Virus record (IMG/VR): IMGVR_UViG_3300034107_000607
DNA from: an uncultured virus (IMG/VR IMGVR_UViG_3300034107_000607)
Lineage: Duplodnaviria; Heunggongvirae; Uroviricota; Caudoviricetes
Length of the DNA stretch: 20,000 nt
Reading direction: 5' to 3' (one strand)
Shown here: positions 1 to 8,734 of the stretch, in pieces
Layout of the letters: every line of letters begins with the position of its first letter
Position numbering within the stretch: position 1 is the stretch's first letter
Notes under the pieces: model-generated
Database searches by the model: none
What the model was told of the DNA's origin: nothing
The model's input: only the letters and a program-made list of their open reading frames with translations
Translations under genes and position numbers: made by a program

Positions 1-1032
1 ACCAATAGTTTCATTAATGGCGTGAATACACGCCAAGGTGGAACCTATGTAGAATACCTCGTGAATAACGTGATTGATGAGGTTCTAGCACTTATCAAGA
101 AAAAGCACAAGGTCGAGGTTTCCAAGAGTGTTATCAAGAATGGTTTGACATTTGTTCTGTTTGCAAAGAATTTTGTCAATCCAAAGTTTGATAGCCAGAC
201 CAAGGAACGTCTGACCAATCCACTGTCAAACATCAAAGAACATCATGAGACTACCGATGTTCATGACTTCAAGCATATTGCCAAGCGGATCTTTGCTGCA
301 ACGGATATTATTGAACCAATTATTGCTGCACAACTTGCCAAAAAGATGGCAGATGATCGGCGCGACTCTATTGTTGCTCAGAAGAAACTCAAAAAGGTCA
401 AGGTTGCCAAACATATCTCGGCAAATAATGTCAATGCACTTCTTGCCCTTGTCGAGGGTGACTCTGCTATGGGGTTCCTTCTGAAAGTTCGTGATGCTTC
501 AAAGATCGGCGCATATCCACTTCGTGGTGTTATCATGAACACTTGGGATATGAAACCGTCCGATGTTCTTAAAAACAAGGAACTAGGTGAACTTGTTGCA
601 ATCCTTGGTCTTGATATCAATGATCCGAACAGTGTAGACAACATGACGTATCGTGGTGTGGCAACATTGACTGATGCGGATCACGACGGCGCTGGACATA
701 TTTCACCATTGATTGTGGCCTTCTTTTACAAGTTTTGGCCACGTCTCTTGACCGAAAAGCGTATTCATATTACCCGTTCACCGATCATGATCTCAACAAA
801 TGGTAAAGATGTCAAGTGGTTCTTTACATATGATGATGCAACAGAATTTAAATCTGATTGCAAAGGTTACACACACCGATATATCAAAGGCTTGGGATCA
901 TTGACCGAATCAGAATATGACCGTGTTATCAATGATCCGGTCCTTGATACTGTAACAATTGATGATGCAAATTACTTTCAGATCATGTTTGGTAATGACG
1001 TATCTCTTCGAAAGGAAATCATGACAAAATGA
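1..1032 (+). CDS. DNA topoisomerase II large subunit (T4 gp39+gp60 fused), 5'-truncated by the window
   Basis: Toprim motifs EGDSA, PLRG and DADHDG plus C-terminal YIKGLG. The frame is open from position 1. Confidence 0.95.
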   Translation, partial: TNSFINGVNTRQGGTYVEYLVNNVIDEVLALIKKKHKVEVSKSVIKNGLTFVLFAKNFVNPKFDSQTKERLTNPLSNIKEHHETTDVHDFKHIAKRIFAATDIIEPIIAAQLAKKMADDRRDSIVAQKKLKKVKVAKHISANNVNALLALVEGDSAMGFLLKVRDASKIGAYPLRGVIMNTWDMKPSDVLKNKELGELVAILGLDINDPNSVDNMTYRGVATLTDADHDGAGHISPLIVAFFYKFWPRLLTEKRIHITRSPIMISTNGKDVKWFFTYDDATEFKSDCKGYTHRYIKGLGSLTESEYDRVINDPVLDTVTIDDANYFQIMFGNDVSLRKEIMTK

Positions 1033-1244
1033 AAAAGTCAATTATCTTTATTCTATCTGAGCTATTAATGTATGCACTTACCTTGGGTGTAGTCATTATT
1101 GTCCATCCTGCAATTCCGATTCATCTATTGTTTATTGTAGCGGCCATTGTTTACGGTTTTGCAACATCGATGTCATTGTTGCTTGAGTTTACAACCAAGA
1201 TTGCCGTTAATTATTACTATGACCGAAAGGAAAAGAATAAATGA
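1029..1244 (+). CDS. small membrane protein
   Basis: 71 aa with two hydrophobic stretches. ATGA overlap with the upstream gene and overlap with the gp52 start. Confidence 0.7.
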   Translation: MKKSIIFILSELLMYALTLGVVIIVHPAIPIHLLFIVAAIVYGFATSMSLLLEFTTKIAVNYYYDRKEKNK

Positions 1245-2629
1245 GTGGGTTGACAAATTTCTTTGATGGTGATACAGTAGAATCAAATGGTAAAAAGGCT
1301 AAATCAATGATTCGGGAATATCCTATCTCCAAGGTTGCTCGTAACGAGTGGTTACAATTTGCTCTTTATACAGTAGAGGCTAGAGCTATTCCAAGTATGA
1401 TTGACGGTATGAAACCCGTAAATCGCTTTTATCTGTATTCATCTATCAAGAATAGCAAGACCGAATTTAAAAAAGTCAGTGCTGTTTCAGGTGTGTTAAG
1501 CGATTACGGGTATGCACACGGTGAAAGTTCTGCTGCTGGTGCCGGTCAACTAATGGCAGCTGATTGGTCTAACAACATCTGTCTTGTCGAAGGTCGAGGA
1601 TCATTTGGAACTCGTCTAGTTCAGTCTGCAGCCGCGGCCCGCTATACCTACACACGTCTCCACAAGAACTTCAATCGGTATATCAAGGACATTGATCTTG
1701 CTCCTGTGCACGACGATCCTGAACACGAACCACCTTCGTTCTATGTTCCTGTGATCCCTCTGGTTCTTGCCAATGGTGTCAAAGGTATTGCCACTGGTTT
1801 TGCAACAAATATTCTACCGCGTGATCCAGATGATCTTGTCCGTGCATGCCAAGAATACATTAAAACTGGAGACATCAAATCCAAAGTCAAGATCAAGTTT
1901 CCAGACTTCAAAGGAACCGTGACATATAATGCCGACGAAAACCGTTACTATTGTAATGGTATCTTCGAACGGAAGGGCAAGACAGTTCTGCTAATCACTG
2001 AGGTCCCATACGGTTATGATCGTGAAGGGTATGTCGAGGTTCTGGATAAACTAGAAGAAAAAGGCGACATTGTCGGATATGATGATCTCTGTGACAAGAC
2101 TGGCTTCAAGTTCGAAGTCAAACTGAAACAGAATACATCTGCAAACTGGGACGACCAAAAAATCATCTCTGCTTTCAAACTGGCAAAACCATTCAGTGAA
2201 AACTTGACTGTTATTGATAGTCGTGGTAAACTGAAAGAATATGACGATGAACGAAATCTGGTCCGTGACTTCTGCGATTATCGCACAACTATTCTTCAAA
2301 AACGGATTGACCTACGGAAGGTTGAAACAACAGAACTTGCCCGTTGGTTGACTGTCAAAATGCAATTTATCCAAGCTGTTCTTGAGGATAAAATCAAGTT
2401 CAAGAACAAGAAAAAGGATGAAGTTGCAAAACAGATCTTTGAAACCACCGATGCAATTCAAGATGATATTGATCGACTGCTTCGGATCAACATTCTGAGT
2501 TTGACTGCTGAAATGGTCAAGCAACTTGAAACTGAAATCAAAGATGCTCAAAAGGAACTTGTGTATTGGTCAAAAACAACACCCAAGGATCAATTCACCA
2601 AGGACCTTACTGAGTTGACAGCCGCCTGA
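1241..2629 (+). CDS. DNA topoisomerase II medium subunit (T4 gp52, GyrA/ParC-like)
   Basis: RAIPSMIDGMKPV, YAHGE, catalytic AAARY and NGVKGIATGF motifs. Confidence 0.97.
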   Translation: MSGLTNFFDGDTVESNGKKAKSMIREYPISKVARNEWLQFALYTVEARAIPSMIDGMKPVNRFYLYSSIKNSKTEFKKVSAVSGVLSDYGYAHGESSAAGAGQLMAADWSNNICLVEGRGSFGTRLVQSAAAARYTYTRLHKNFNRYIKDIDLAPVHDDPEHEPPSFYVPVIPLVLANGVKGIATGFATNILPRDPDDLVRACQEYIKTGDIKSKVKIKFPDFKGTVTYNADENRYYCNGIFERKGKTVLLITEVPYGYDREGYVEVLDKLEEKGDIVGYDDLCDKTGFKFEVKLKQNTSANWDDQKIISAFKLAKPFSENLTVIDSRGKLKEYDDERNLVRDFCDYRTTILQKRIDLRKVETTELARWLTVKMQFIQAVLEDKIKFKNKKKDEVAKQIFETTDAIQDDIDRLLRINILSLTAEMVKQLETEIKDAQKELVYWSKTTPKDQFTKDLTELTAA

Positions 2630-2635
2630 TAGCAC

Positions 2636-2654
2636 AAAGCCCGTTATGGGTTTT
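2636..2654 (+). terminator. possible weak intrinsic terminator
   Basis: AAAGCCCG-TTA-TGGGTTTT directly after the gp52 stop. Confidence 0.4.
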
Positions 2655-2708
2655 AGATAAAATCATACTAAGTGAACCAAGTATCAACTGACTAATGGAG
2701 ACTATATC

Positions 2709-3134
2709 ATGAATAGAGAACTTGCACTCGACAGACTAGTAATTACTGTACTTAAAGAGGGAGTCGAAACACTTCTTAGACTCGACGAAAAAGATAAAGA
2801 TAGTGATATGATTCTTTCGATACTTCGAGTGATTGAATATTACAGTGTACCAAGTGAATATGAAAACTACTATGCAGAAAACAAGGCTCGAATTGATACG
2901 GTGCTAGGTACCAAGAATTTGCCAGCCAACACGTTTACTATAACTTGTGTCAATGAAAATATTGACGGTTCTGCTGATATTGAAGTAGAAATGGGACCTG
3001 GTATGAAAGATAAAGTTCTAGACGCGGGACTTAACTTTCTTCTTGTGAAAGCAATTCTAGGTGGTACTACTGAGCAAATTCTTGAGTGGGCAACTCGCGG
3101 CAAACAAGAAGTTGAAAGTAAAATCAGTTTATAA
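2709..3134 (+). CDS. hypothetical protein
   Basis: 141-aa ORF with GGAG RBS. Confidence 0.8.
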   Translation: MNRELALDRLVITVLKEGVETLLRLDEKDKDSDMILSILRVIEYYSVPSEYENYYAENKARIDTVLGTKNLPANTFTITCVNENIDGSADIEVEMGPGMKDKVLDAGLNFLLVKAILGGTTEQILEWATRGKQEVESKISL

Positions 3135-3141
3135 CAAAACT

Positions 3142-3525
3142 ATGTTTTACGAAGTAGTAAACAAATCCAAACGAATCGAGACCGTGTTGCTAGACACCGC
3201 GGTCTCTTTTGCTTGTTCTTATCTTGACTTGAATAACGACATCGTGATTGAGTTCGAGAGACTTGAAAAACACCAGTATGGTTTCTGTGATTATGATGAA
3301 GATGAAGTTATAGTCACCATTGCAAAAAGACTGTCACAGAAAGATATTATTCGGACACTGTTTCATGAACTAGTGCATGTCAAACAATACGTGGATGGTC
3401 GACTAGATCACGGTCGCAAGTGGTTTGGTGTAGTCTATAAAGATGACTATGACAAACTCCCGTGGGAAATTGAAGCATATGAACTCGAAGAAAAGATGAT
3501 GAAGGTGTTTTATGGTATCAATTAA
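3142..3525 (+). CDS. putative zinc metallopeptidase (HExxH)
   Basis: HELVHVKQY and PWEIEAY. ATG 3142 is preferred to the overlapping 3061 start. Confidence 0.75.
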   Translation: MFYEVVNKSKRIETVLLDTAVSFACSYLDLNNDIVIEFERLEKHQYGFCDYDEDEVIVTIAKRLSQKDIIRTLFHELVHVKQYVDGRLDHGRKWFGVVYKDDYDKLPWEIEAYELEEKMMKVFYGIN

Positions 3526-3874
3526 ATCAACCGACAAAAGACTTTGTGATCGAGATATATGGCCGGGTCTTCCGTGGAATTGGAAAGACACACATCGCAT
3601 TCAAGATGAATGTCGACGGCGTGCTATAGAAACAGGAATTACCGAAGAACCCAATTTGTCTTTTGCTGCCTCCCGTGAATACTCGAAGTATATGAGTCAT
3701 TTTCCGTCATTTGGTGATCGACAGAAAATTATGTCAAAAATATATCCTATGAAACCAAGTAAACCAAAACTTGATTTTACCGAGGAAGAACTGAAATATC
3801 TTGCAGATCGACTATTTGGTGCAAATGATGAACTCGGCCAAAATATTTTGATAAAAATACAGTTGACTTTGTGA
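3512..3874 (+). CDS. hypothetical protein
   Basis: 120-aa ORF with AAGGT RBS, coupled to the upstream gene. Confidence 0.7.
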   Translation: MVSIKSTDKRLCDRDIWPGLPWNWKDTHRIQDECRRRAIETGITEEPNLSFAASREYSKYMSHFPSFGDRQKIMSKIYPMKPSKPKLDFTEEELKYLADRLFGANDELGQNILIKIQLTL

Positions 3875-3891
3875 TCTTAATAGTATATACT
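3863..3891 (+). promoter_or_regulatory. sigma70-type early promoter
   Basis: TTGACT-N17-TATACT followed by the shared GATTCTATAAGG leader. Confidence 0.85.
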
Positions 3892-3918
3892 GATTCTATA
3901 AGGTGAAAGGAACCTAAT

Positions 3919-4005
3919 ATGCTTAAGATTGATCTTTCTGACATTGCTTTGATTGCAGCTACTGCTTTTGCTTTCGGCATGATCATCTACGTACTTAGTC
4001 TCTAA
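3919..4005 (+). CDS. 28-aa single-TM peptide (MLKIDLSDIALIAATAFAFGMIIYVLSL)
   Basis: AAGGA RBS right after the promoter. Below the ORF-track size cutoff. Confidence 0.7.
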   Translation: MLKIDLSDIALIAATAFAFGMIIYVLSL

Positions 4006-4016
4006 AGGAATATAAA

Positions 4017-4913
4017 ATGGCATCACGTGTACAACTAATGAAACAGAAGGGACTTATCAGTCCGCCAAGGTGGCTACCTCAAAACATTCACTATGAAGTG
4101 ATCACCGGTTCTGTCAGCTATGCTGTAAGTTCAGACACTTCTGATATGGATGTTGTTGGTTTTTGTATGCCACCAAAAGATGACATCTTCCCGCACCTTC
4201 GTGGTGAGATTCCTGGTTTTGGTTTACAACACAAACGATTTGAATTATGGCAGGAACATCACATCATGGATAATGAATCTCGTCAAGAATACGACTTCAG
4301 TATCTATTCAATCGTGAAGTTTTTTCAACTTGCAATGGAAAATAATCCGAATATGGTTGACATTCTGTTTACTCCACAACGGTGTGTTTTGTATTGCTCT
4401 ACTGTTGCTCAGATTGTCCGTGATAACCGCAAACTATTCTTGACAAAGAATTCGTATCACAAGTTCCGCGGATATGCTTATGCTCAATTGCACAAGATCG
4501 GCACGAAGTCAAATAGTTCCAATCCTAAGCGCCAAGCTGACATCGAAAAACACGGCATGGATCTTAAGTTTGCTTATCATGTTATTCGTCTTGCTCTTGA
4601 GGGTGAACAGATCTTGATGGAGCATGATCTTGACATTGAACGAAATGCTGAAGTCCTGAAAGCAGTTCGTCGTGGTGACTGGAGTGAAGAGAAACTCCGG
4701 AGCTGGTTTGATGCTAAGGAGAAACATCTTGAAGAACTTTATACCAAGTCAACCCTTCGGCATGTGCCGGACGAAGATGCTATCAAGGATCTTCTTATGA
4801 CTTGTCTAGAACAGCACTATGGTTCTCTGGATCAAGCTGTCAAACGCGATGTTCCGGTAGAACGGCTTGTTGCTGAACTAAAGTCCGTCCTTGAAAAGTA
4901 TGAAGGTAGGTAA
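4017..4913 (+). CDS. Pol-beta superfamily nucleotidyltransferase (RlaP/YcgL-like)
   Basis: GSVSYA...SDMD (GS...DxD), NPNMVDIL and KFAYHVIRL motifs. Confidence 0.85.
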   Translation: MASRVQLMKQKGLISPPRWLPQNIHYEVITGSVSYAVSSDTSDMDVVGFCMPPKDDIFPHLRGEIPGFGLQHKRFELWQEHHIMDNESRQEYDFSIYSIVKFFQLAMENNPNMVDILFTPQRCVLYCSTVAQIVRDNRKLFLTKNSYHKFRGYAYAQLHKIGTKSNSSNPKRQADIEKHGMDLKFAYHVIRLALEGEQILMEHDLDIERNAEVLKAVRRGDWSEEKLRSWFDAKEKHLEELYTKSTLRHVPDEDAIKDLLMTCLEQHYGSLDQAVKRDVPVERLVAELKSVLEKYEGR

Positions 4914-5120
4914 ATGGAATTAGGTTATAGAGACCCATTTACCTACAAAAAACTTCCACTGCTCCCAAGTATGAGACTTACAACTCATGTATTGAATATA
5001 GAAAACCTTATTGAGAAACATATGAATGTAGCAGTTCATCAATATATTCATGAACTATCCAGTGGAATAGACCCTCAAGAGAGTAAATGGTACAAAAATA
5101 TTGTTGACAAATGCTTTTAA
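4914..5120 (+). CDS. hypothetical protein
   Basis: 68-aa ORF abutting the upstream stop. Confidence 0.6.
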   Translation: MELGYRDPFTYKKLPLLPSMRLTTHVLNIENLIEKHMNVAVHQYIHELSSGIDPQESKWYKNIVDKCF

Positions 5121-5132
5121 ATAGTTTATACT
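5104..5132 (+). promoter_or_regulatory. sigma70-type early promoter
   Basis: TTGACA-N17-TATACT followed by GATTCTATAAGG. Confidence 0.9.
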
Positions 5133-5157
5133 GATTCTATAAGGTAGAGGAAACCAG

Positions 5158-5262
5158 ATGAACGAAGATTACGAGTATGATGTCTACGATGAGCATGACT
5201 GGTATGCAATTCATTTCCCTGACGGTGATAATACTGACGCAGAAGAAGAGGAAACTGCATGA
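5158..5262 (+). CDS. 34-aa very acidic peptide (MNEDYEYDVYDEHDWYAIHFPDGDNTDAEEEETA)
   Basis: GAGGA RBS after the promoter. ATGA overlap with the next gene. Confidence 0.75.
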   Translation: MNEDYEYDVYDEHDWYAIHFPDGDNTDAEEEETA

Positions 5263-5468
5263 TAAACATAAACCGTGCAAAGACTGAATTTGAGAATCAC
5301 ACTAAAGAAACTCTCGATGTTCAATCACTAGGTGGTGCACTATATGCATTTGGTTCTGAACTTGCTTGTCTTCGTCTTGCAAAAGCATATCGACATTGCG
5401 GTGAACGAGCAGATTCCGGGTTTTCACAGAATCTGAAAACTTGGTACTTCCGTCTCGAAACTCTCTGA
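5259..5468 (+). CDS. hypothetical protein
   Basis: 69 aa with GAGGA RBS. Confidence 0.8.
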   Translation: MININRAKTEFENHTKETLDVQSLGGALYAFGSELACLRLAKAYRHCGERADSGFSQNLKTWYFRLETL

Positions 5469-5478
5469 GGAGAAAACA

Positions 5479-5766
5479 ATGGCTTACGCGCCTCTCGGTG
5501 TTATTTCTATTTCTGGCTCCTTTGTCGAGCGTTATTGTGGTCACACATTCGAGTATATTGAAAATCCTGAATATGTACTCCATACTCCTGCACATGGTGG
5601 CAAAAATGTACATTTTCCTCACTTGATCTTTGTCGGACCTTTTGGTCAAGAAACTCGTCGAGCTCTAGTCAAAGGTTCCGTAGTTCATGTTGTCACCGAT
5701 GAAACCGATAATGGATATACGATTGAAAAATGGAACATCAAAAATCACAGGAAATATGCCAAATGA
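5479..5766 (+). CDS. hypothetical protein
   Basis: 95 aa with GAGGAG RBS. Confidence 0.8.
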   Translation: MAYAPLGVISISGSFVERYCGHTFEYIENPEYVLHTPAHGGKNVHFPHLIFVGPFGQETRRALVKGSVVHVVTDETDNGYTIEKWNIKNHRKYAK

Positions 5767-5972
5767 AACTTGCAAATATCACTCTTGCCCGAGATGATCA
5801 TGCGACTGCGACAATTCTTGCAAAGCAATATATTGAGACAGTTCCATTTTGGAAGATCACATGGGCACCACAGCACGTCATTTTTCACACAAATATATCG
5901 GATGAAAACTGTATGATCGTATATCGTGCCGATAGAATTTTTGAAATTACAACGGAAGAACTTGAAAATTAG
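5763..5972 (+). CDS. hypothetical protein
   Basis: ATGA-coupled start at 5763. Ends in TAG. Confidence 0.7.
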   Translation: MKLANITLARDDHATATILAKQYIETVPFWKITWAPQHVIFHTNISDENCMIVYRADRIFEITTEELEN

Positions 5973-5974
5973 TG

Positions 5975-6003
5975 TTGACAAACAGGTTTAAATTGTTTAT
6001 ACT
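5975..6003 (+). promoter_or_regulatory. sigma70-type early promoter
   Basis: TTGACA-N17-TATACT followed by GATTCTATAAGG. Confidence 0.9.
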
Positions 6004-6031
6004 GATTCTATAAGGTAACACTGAGGAACCA

Positions 6032-6613
6032 ATGACAAATCTTGACCTGCAACAAGTCATCATCTACCGCAACAAGCGACTGAAGCTTGCTCACATTGCT
6101 GTAAACAATATGTTCACGAACAAAGGTCAGAGGAACTACTCTGCAACCTTGAACGGTGCATATAACAGTGCAAAGTATGCAGTTCGAGGTGCCGCAAACA
6201 ACCCTTCTACTGAATATCAGTTCGGTTCGGCCTTTGTGACTCGCTTGATGAATACCGGTATCTCTGAATGGTCGGAAACCGATCGTGTTGAAAACCTGAA
6301 TATGAACCCTGCACTTCGGCTTGCACGTGAACTTCGTGAAACTCTCGAGGCTGAAGGTTATGATGTCACCGGTTGTTTCCGCGGCAAAAGTATCCGCAAC
6401 ACCGGAATCAAAGGTATCACGAATTTCATTATCAAGAATGCGACTCAGGGTCGTATCTTTGATATTGTCGGCAAGTTGACTGTCGGGATCGAAGGTCTAA
6501 ACATCAACAAGACCCGAAACACCATTTACATGCAGTATATCAAAGATCAACTGCAAACTCGCCGTCAAATTTGGTTCTTCATTCAAGAAAATCTGGATAC
6601 CTTGACCCAATGA
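6032..6613 (+). CDS. hypothetical protein
   Basis: 193 aa with GAGGA RBS. Confidence 0.85.
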   Translation: MTNLDLQQVIIYRNKRLKLAHIAVNNMFTNKGQRNYSATLNGAYNSAKYAVRGAANNPSTEYQFGSAFVTRLMNTGISEWSETDRVENLNMNPALRLARELRETLEAEGYDVTGCFRGKSIRNTGIKGITNFIIKNATQGRIFDIVGKLTVGIEGLNINKTRNTIYMQYIKDQLQTRRQIWFFIQENLDTLTQ

Positions 6614-6990
6614 CCGTTATCAAAGCAGAAACTAGCTATCCTAAGTTTTTTGAAAAGTTTGCACAGTTTTTGTGTGTTGAACTTGATATTAGACCCGCAA
6701 AAGTTACTATTGTTCCCTATGAAATGAATGATGGAACTCTTGGTCTTTGTCTTGATGTAACCGAAGATGAATTTCTTGTATTCGTCAAGGAAAAAGATCG
6801 AGATATCGGTTGTATGTGCACGACCATTGCACATGAAATGATCCACGTGAAACAATTTCTGAAAGATAACTTGAACCACTGGATTCACACCTGCTGGGAT
6901 ACTCCATATGATGACCGTTGGTGGGAACAAGAGGCATATACTGACTCGATTCCACTAGTTGTAAAATATGCTGGGACACTTGGTAAATGA
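6610..6990 (+). CDS. putative zinc metallopeptidase (HExxH), paralogue of 3142-3525
   Basis: HEMIHVKQF and WWEQEAY. ATGA-coupled start. Confidence 0.75.
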   Translation: MTVIKAETSYPKFFEKFAQFLCVELDIRPAKVTIVPYEMNDGTLGLCLDVTEDEFLVFVKEKDRDIGCMCTTIAHEMIHVKQFLKDNLNHWIHTCWDTPYDDRWWEQEAYTDSIPLVVKYAGTLGK

Positions 6991-7373
6991 AACCAAAATA
7001 TAAACTTATCGTAGGTCCTACTCAAATGCGAGTAGAAAGGCAATTGTTCAAATCAGAACCAATTGATATCGGCGATGAATATATCACTGCCGACAATCAG
7101 AAAGCAAAAGATTTTTACTACGAGTTCATGCACCCTTCAGTTCAAGAATATGCCAGACTGTTGTGGACTACAAAAAGTATTCGTTGGAATACACTAAAAC
7201 AACAAGTAAAAGGACTTGCAGATATGCATACTATTCTGTACTTCGATGGTCCGTCTTGGATTGTTTCTACCGTGCCTTGGAAACAGGCAAAGTATGAAGA
7301 ATGGTTCGTGGTGCCAATGAAAGTAAAATGGCTTCTAAAGAAATTTTATTTTGAAAAAGTTGAAAAAGTTTGA
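6987..7373 (+). CDS. hypothetical protein
   Basis: 128 aa, ATGA-coupled. Confidence 0.75.
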   Translation: MKPKYKLIVGPTQMRVERQLFKSEPIDIGDEYITADNQKAKDFYYEFMHPSVQEYARLLWTTKSIRWNTLKQQVKGLADMHTILYFDGPSWIVSTVPWKQAKYEEWFVVPMKVKWLLKKFYFEKVEKV

Positions 7374-7402
7374 TCTTTTTTACGAAGTCAACGAAAGCGT
7401 GT

Positions 7403-7410
7403 TATAAATA
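7403..7410 (+). promoter_or_regulatory. T4-type late promoter
   Basis: Exact intergenic TATAAATA. Confidence 0.7.
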
Positions 7411-7439
7411 AAATTACAATTTAACCAACCGAGAGTATC

Positions 7440-7538
7440 ATGACTTCCCTACACGTCTCCTCATTATCAGCGCAATGGACACAGGATAATAATCCTGGTC
7501 GCCAAGTGCTCATAGGCAGAGGAAGTGGGCTGTTTTGA
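7440..7538 (+). CDS. putative 32-aa leader peptide (MTSLHVSSLSAQWTQDNNPGRQVLIGRGSGLF)
   Basis: GAGAG before the ATG. Lies between the late promoter and the terminator, and its stop is inside the putative antiterminator. Confidence 0.55.
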   Translation: MTSLHVSSLSAQWTQDNNPGRQVLIGRGSGLF

Positions 7539-7566
7539 CATAGAAATTCGATAAAAATTCTATCTC

Positions 7567-7605
7567 AAAAAGGCCCAGGAATAAAACCCTGGGCCTTTTT
7601 ATTTT
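7567..7605 (+). terminator. intrinsic terminator
   Basis: AAAAAGGCCCAGG-AATAAAAC-CCTGGGCCTTTTT-ATTTT. Confidence 0.9.
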
Positions 7606-7607
7606 GG

Positions 7608-7636
7608 TTGACAATATAAGAGAATCGGTTTATAAC
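7608..7636 (+). promoter_or_regulatory. sigma70-type promoter of the tRNA block
   Basis: TTGACA-N17 (AGAATCGGTT)-TATAAC. Confidence 0.75.
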
Positions 7637-7659
7637 TGACTTATAAAGGAAATCAAACC

Positions 7660-7670
7660 GCTCTTTGAAA
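7660..7670 (+). promoter_or_regulatory. boxA-like antitermination element
   Basis: GCTCTTTGAAA just after the promoter. Confidence 0.6.
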
Positions 7671-7788
7671 CTAATTACTCCTTGTGGTCTTAGAGGAAAC
7701 TCGATAATAGATCTGAAAAACAGAAGAACAAACTGACGAATGTGTCTGAATGTTCCTTTGTTAGAGGTATTCTTCGGAATACTGAAAA

Positions 7789-7891
7789 TTCTGTTTTCAC
7801 ATGCTCTTTAGTCCGTAATGTAGTACGGTTAACCTCGCCCATTTAGTTGGTTGGACTGGTTCGAATCCAAAAAGAGCAGCTGAAAACAGAA
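7789..7891 (+). ncRNA. stem-enclosed tRNA-like RNA (CTGTTTT family, copy 1)
   Basis: TTCTGTTTTCA/TGAAAACAGAA stem enclosing GCTCTTT/AAAGAGC and a GGTTCGAATCC T arm. Confidence 0.6.
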
Positions 7892-7896
7892 ATAAT

Positions 7897-7972
<76 letters not shown>

Positions 7973-7979
7973 AAATTAT

Positions 7980-8069
7980 GGAGTTGAGAGCTGTCAAGGT
8001 TGGCAGGTCTGCTTGGAAAGCAGAACGTGGTAGAAATACCATGGGAATCGTGCTCCCCCGACTCCGCCA
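7980..8069 (+). tRNA. tRNA-Ser(GGA), 8/4-like
   Basis: Loop TTGGAAA, long variable arm, G73, CCA, 6-bp D stem, T loop ATCGTGC. Confidence 0.85.
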
Positions 8070-8078
8070 AAATAATGG

Positions 8079-8107
8079 TTGACATTACTATAGAATCAGT
8101 ATATATT
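8079..8107 (+). promoter_or_regulatory. sigma70-type early promoter
   Basis: TTGACA-N17-TATATT. Confidence 0.85.
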
Positions 8108-8132
8108 GATTATATAAGGTAAAGGAAACCAA

Positions 8133-8255
8133 ATGAAACAAAATCTCGTCGGCAGCTTCTACAAAGGTCAGAAGATCATTGAAGATGATGGTTTCTTCAT
8201 TCGTGTTGAAGATGGGACTGTTTATTCTCGCTTGAAATCTGGTGGTTTTGCATAA
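8133..8255 (+). CDS. 40-aa hypothetical protein (MKQNLVGSFYKGQKIIEDDG...)
   Basis: AAGGA RBS, between two promoters. Confidence 0.75.
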   Translation: MKQNLVGSFYKGQKIIEDDGFFIRVEDGTVYSRLKSGGFA

Positions 8256-8260
8256 AACGG

Positions 8261-8289
8261 TTGACAAAACCACAGAATCAGTATAATAT
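8261..8289 (+). promoter_or_regulatory. sigma70-type promoter
   Basis: TTGACA-N17-TAATAT with AGAATCAGT in the spacer. Confidence 0.8.
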
Positions 8290-8341
8290 AAACTTATAAA
8301 TCAGGTTAGTTGATGAAACTGTAAACCCTGAATGACAAACC

Positions 8342-8353
8342 GCTCTTTGACAA
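8342..8353 (+). promoter_or_regulatory. boxA-like antitermination element
   Basis: GCTCTTTGACAA followed by TTTAGAA. Confidence 0.7.
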
Positions 8354-8375
8354 TTTAGAACTAAAACAGATTAAA

Positions 8376-8495
8376 TTCTGTTTTGACAGATATACATGGC
8401 GTGCACCAGTCGAAAGATGTAAGCGGGTAGACATGACAGTGTTGCTTGAAACACAGCAGAGAACATCGTGGCAATGTATATCGCTCAAAACAGAG
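8376..8495 (+). ncRNA. stem-enclosed RNA (CTGTTTT family, copy 2)
   Basis: TTCTGTTTTGA-CA-GATATACAT pairs with ATGTATATC-GC-TCAAAACAGAG. Confidence 0.6.
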
Positions 8496-8498
8496 TTT

Positions 8499-8575
8499 GG
8501 GGGATTAGAACAATTGGTTAGTTCAGCTTCCTCATAAGAAGACGGTTGGCGGTTCGAGTCCGTCATCCCCTACCA
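8499..8575 (+). tRNA. tRNA with CAT anticodon (Ile2 or elongator Met)
   Basis: Cloverleaf, loop CTCATAA, A73, CCA. Confidence 0.85.
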
Positions 8576-8579
8576 AACA

Positions 8580-8643
8580 TATCGGTACTGGTGTTAATCA
8601 AATCACCACCAGTTAAATCGCCCAAGAGCGGATGGGTAGAGCC
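8580..8643 (+). ncRNA. three-way-junction repeat, copy 1
   Basis: TATCGGT-[hairpin]-TAAATC-[hairpin]-AGAGCC, homologous to 8922-8986. Confidence 0.55.
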
Positions 8644-8652
8644 AAACACATT

Positions 8653-8729
8653 GGTTCCTTAGCTCAGTTGGATAGAGCATCCGCCTTCTAAGCGGAATGT
8701 CGTAGGTTCGAATCCTACAGGGACCACCA
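8653..8729 (+). tRNA. tRNA-Arg(TCT)
   Basis: Canonical cloverleaf, A20, CCA. Confidence 0.97.
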
Positions 8730-8734
8730 AATTT

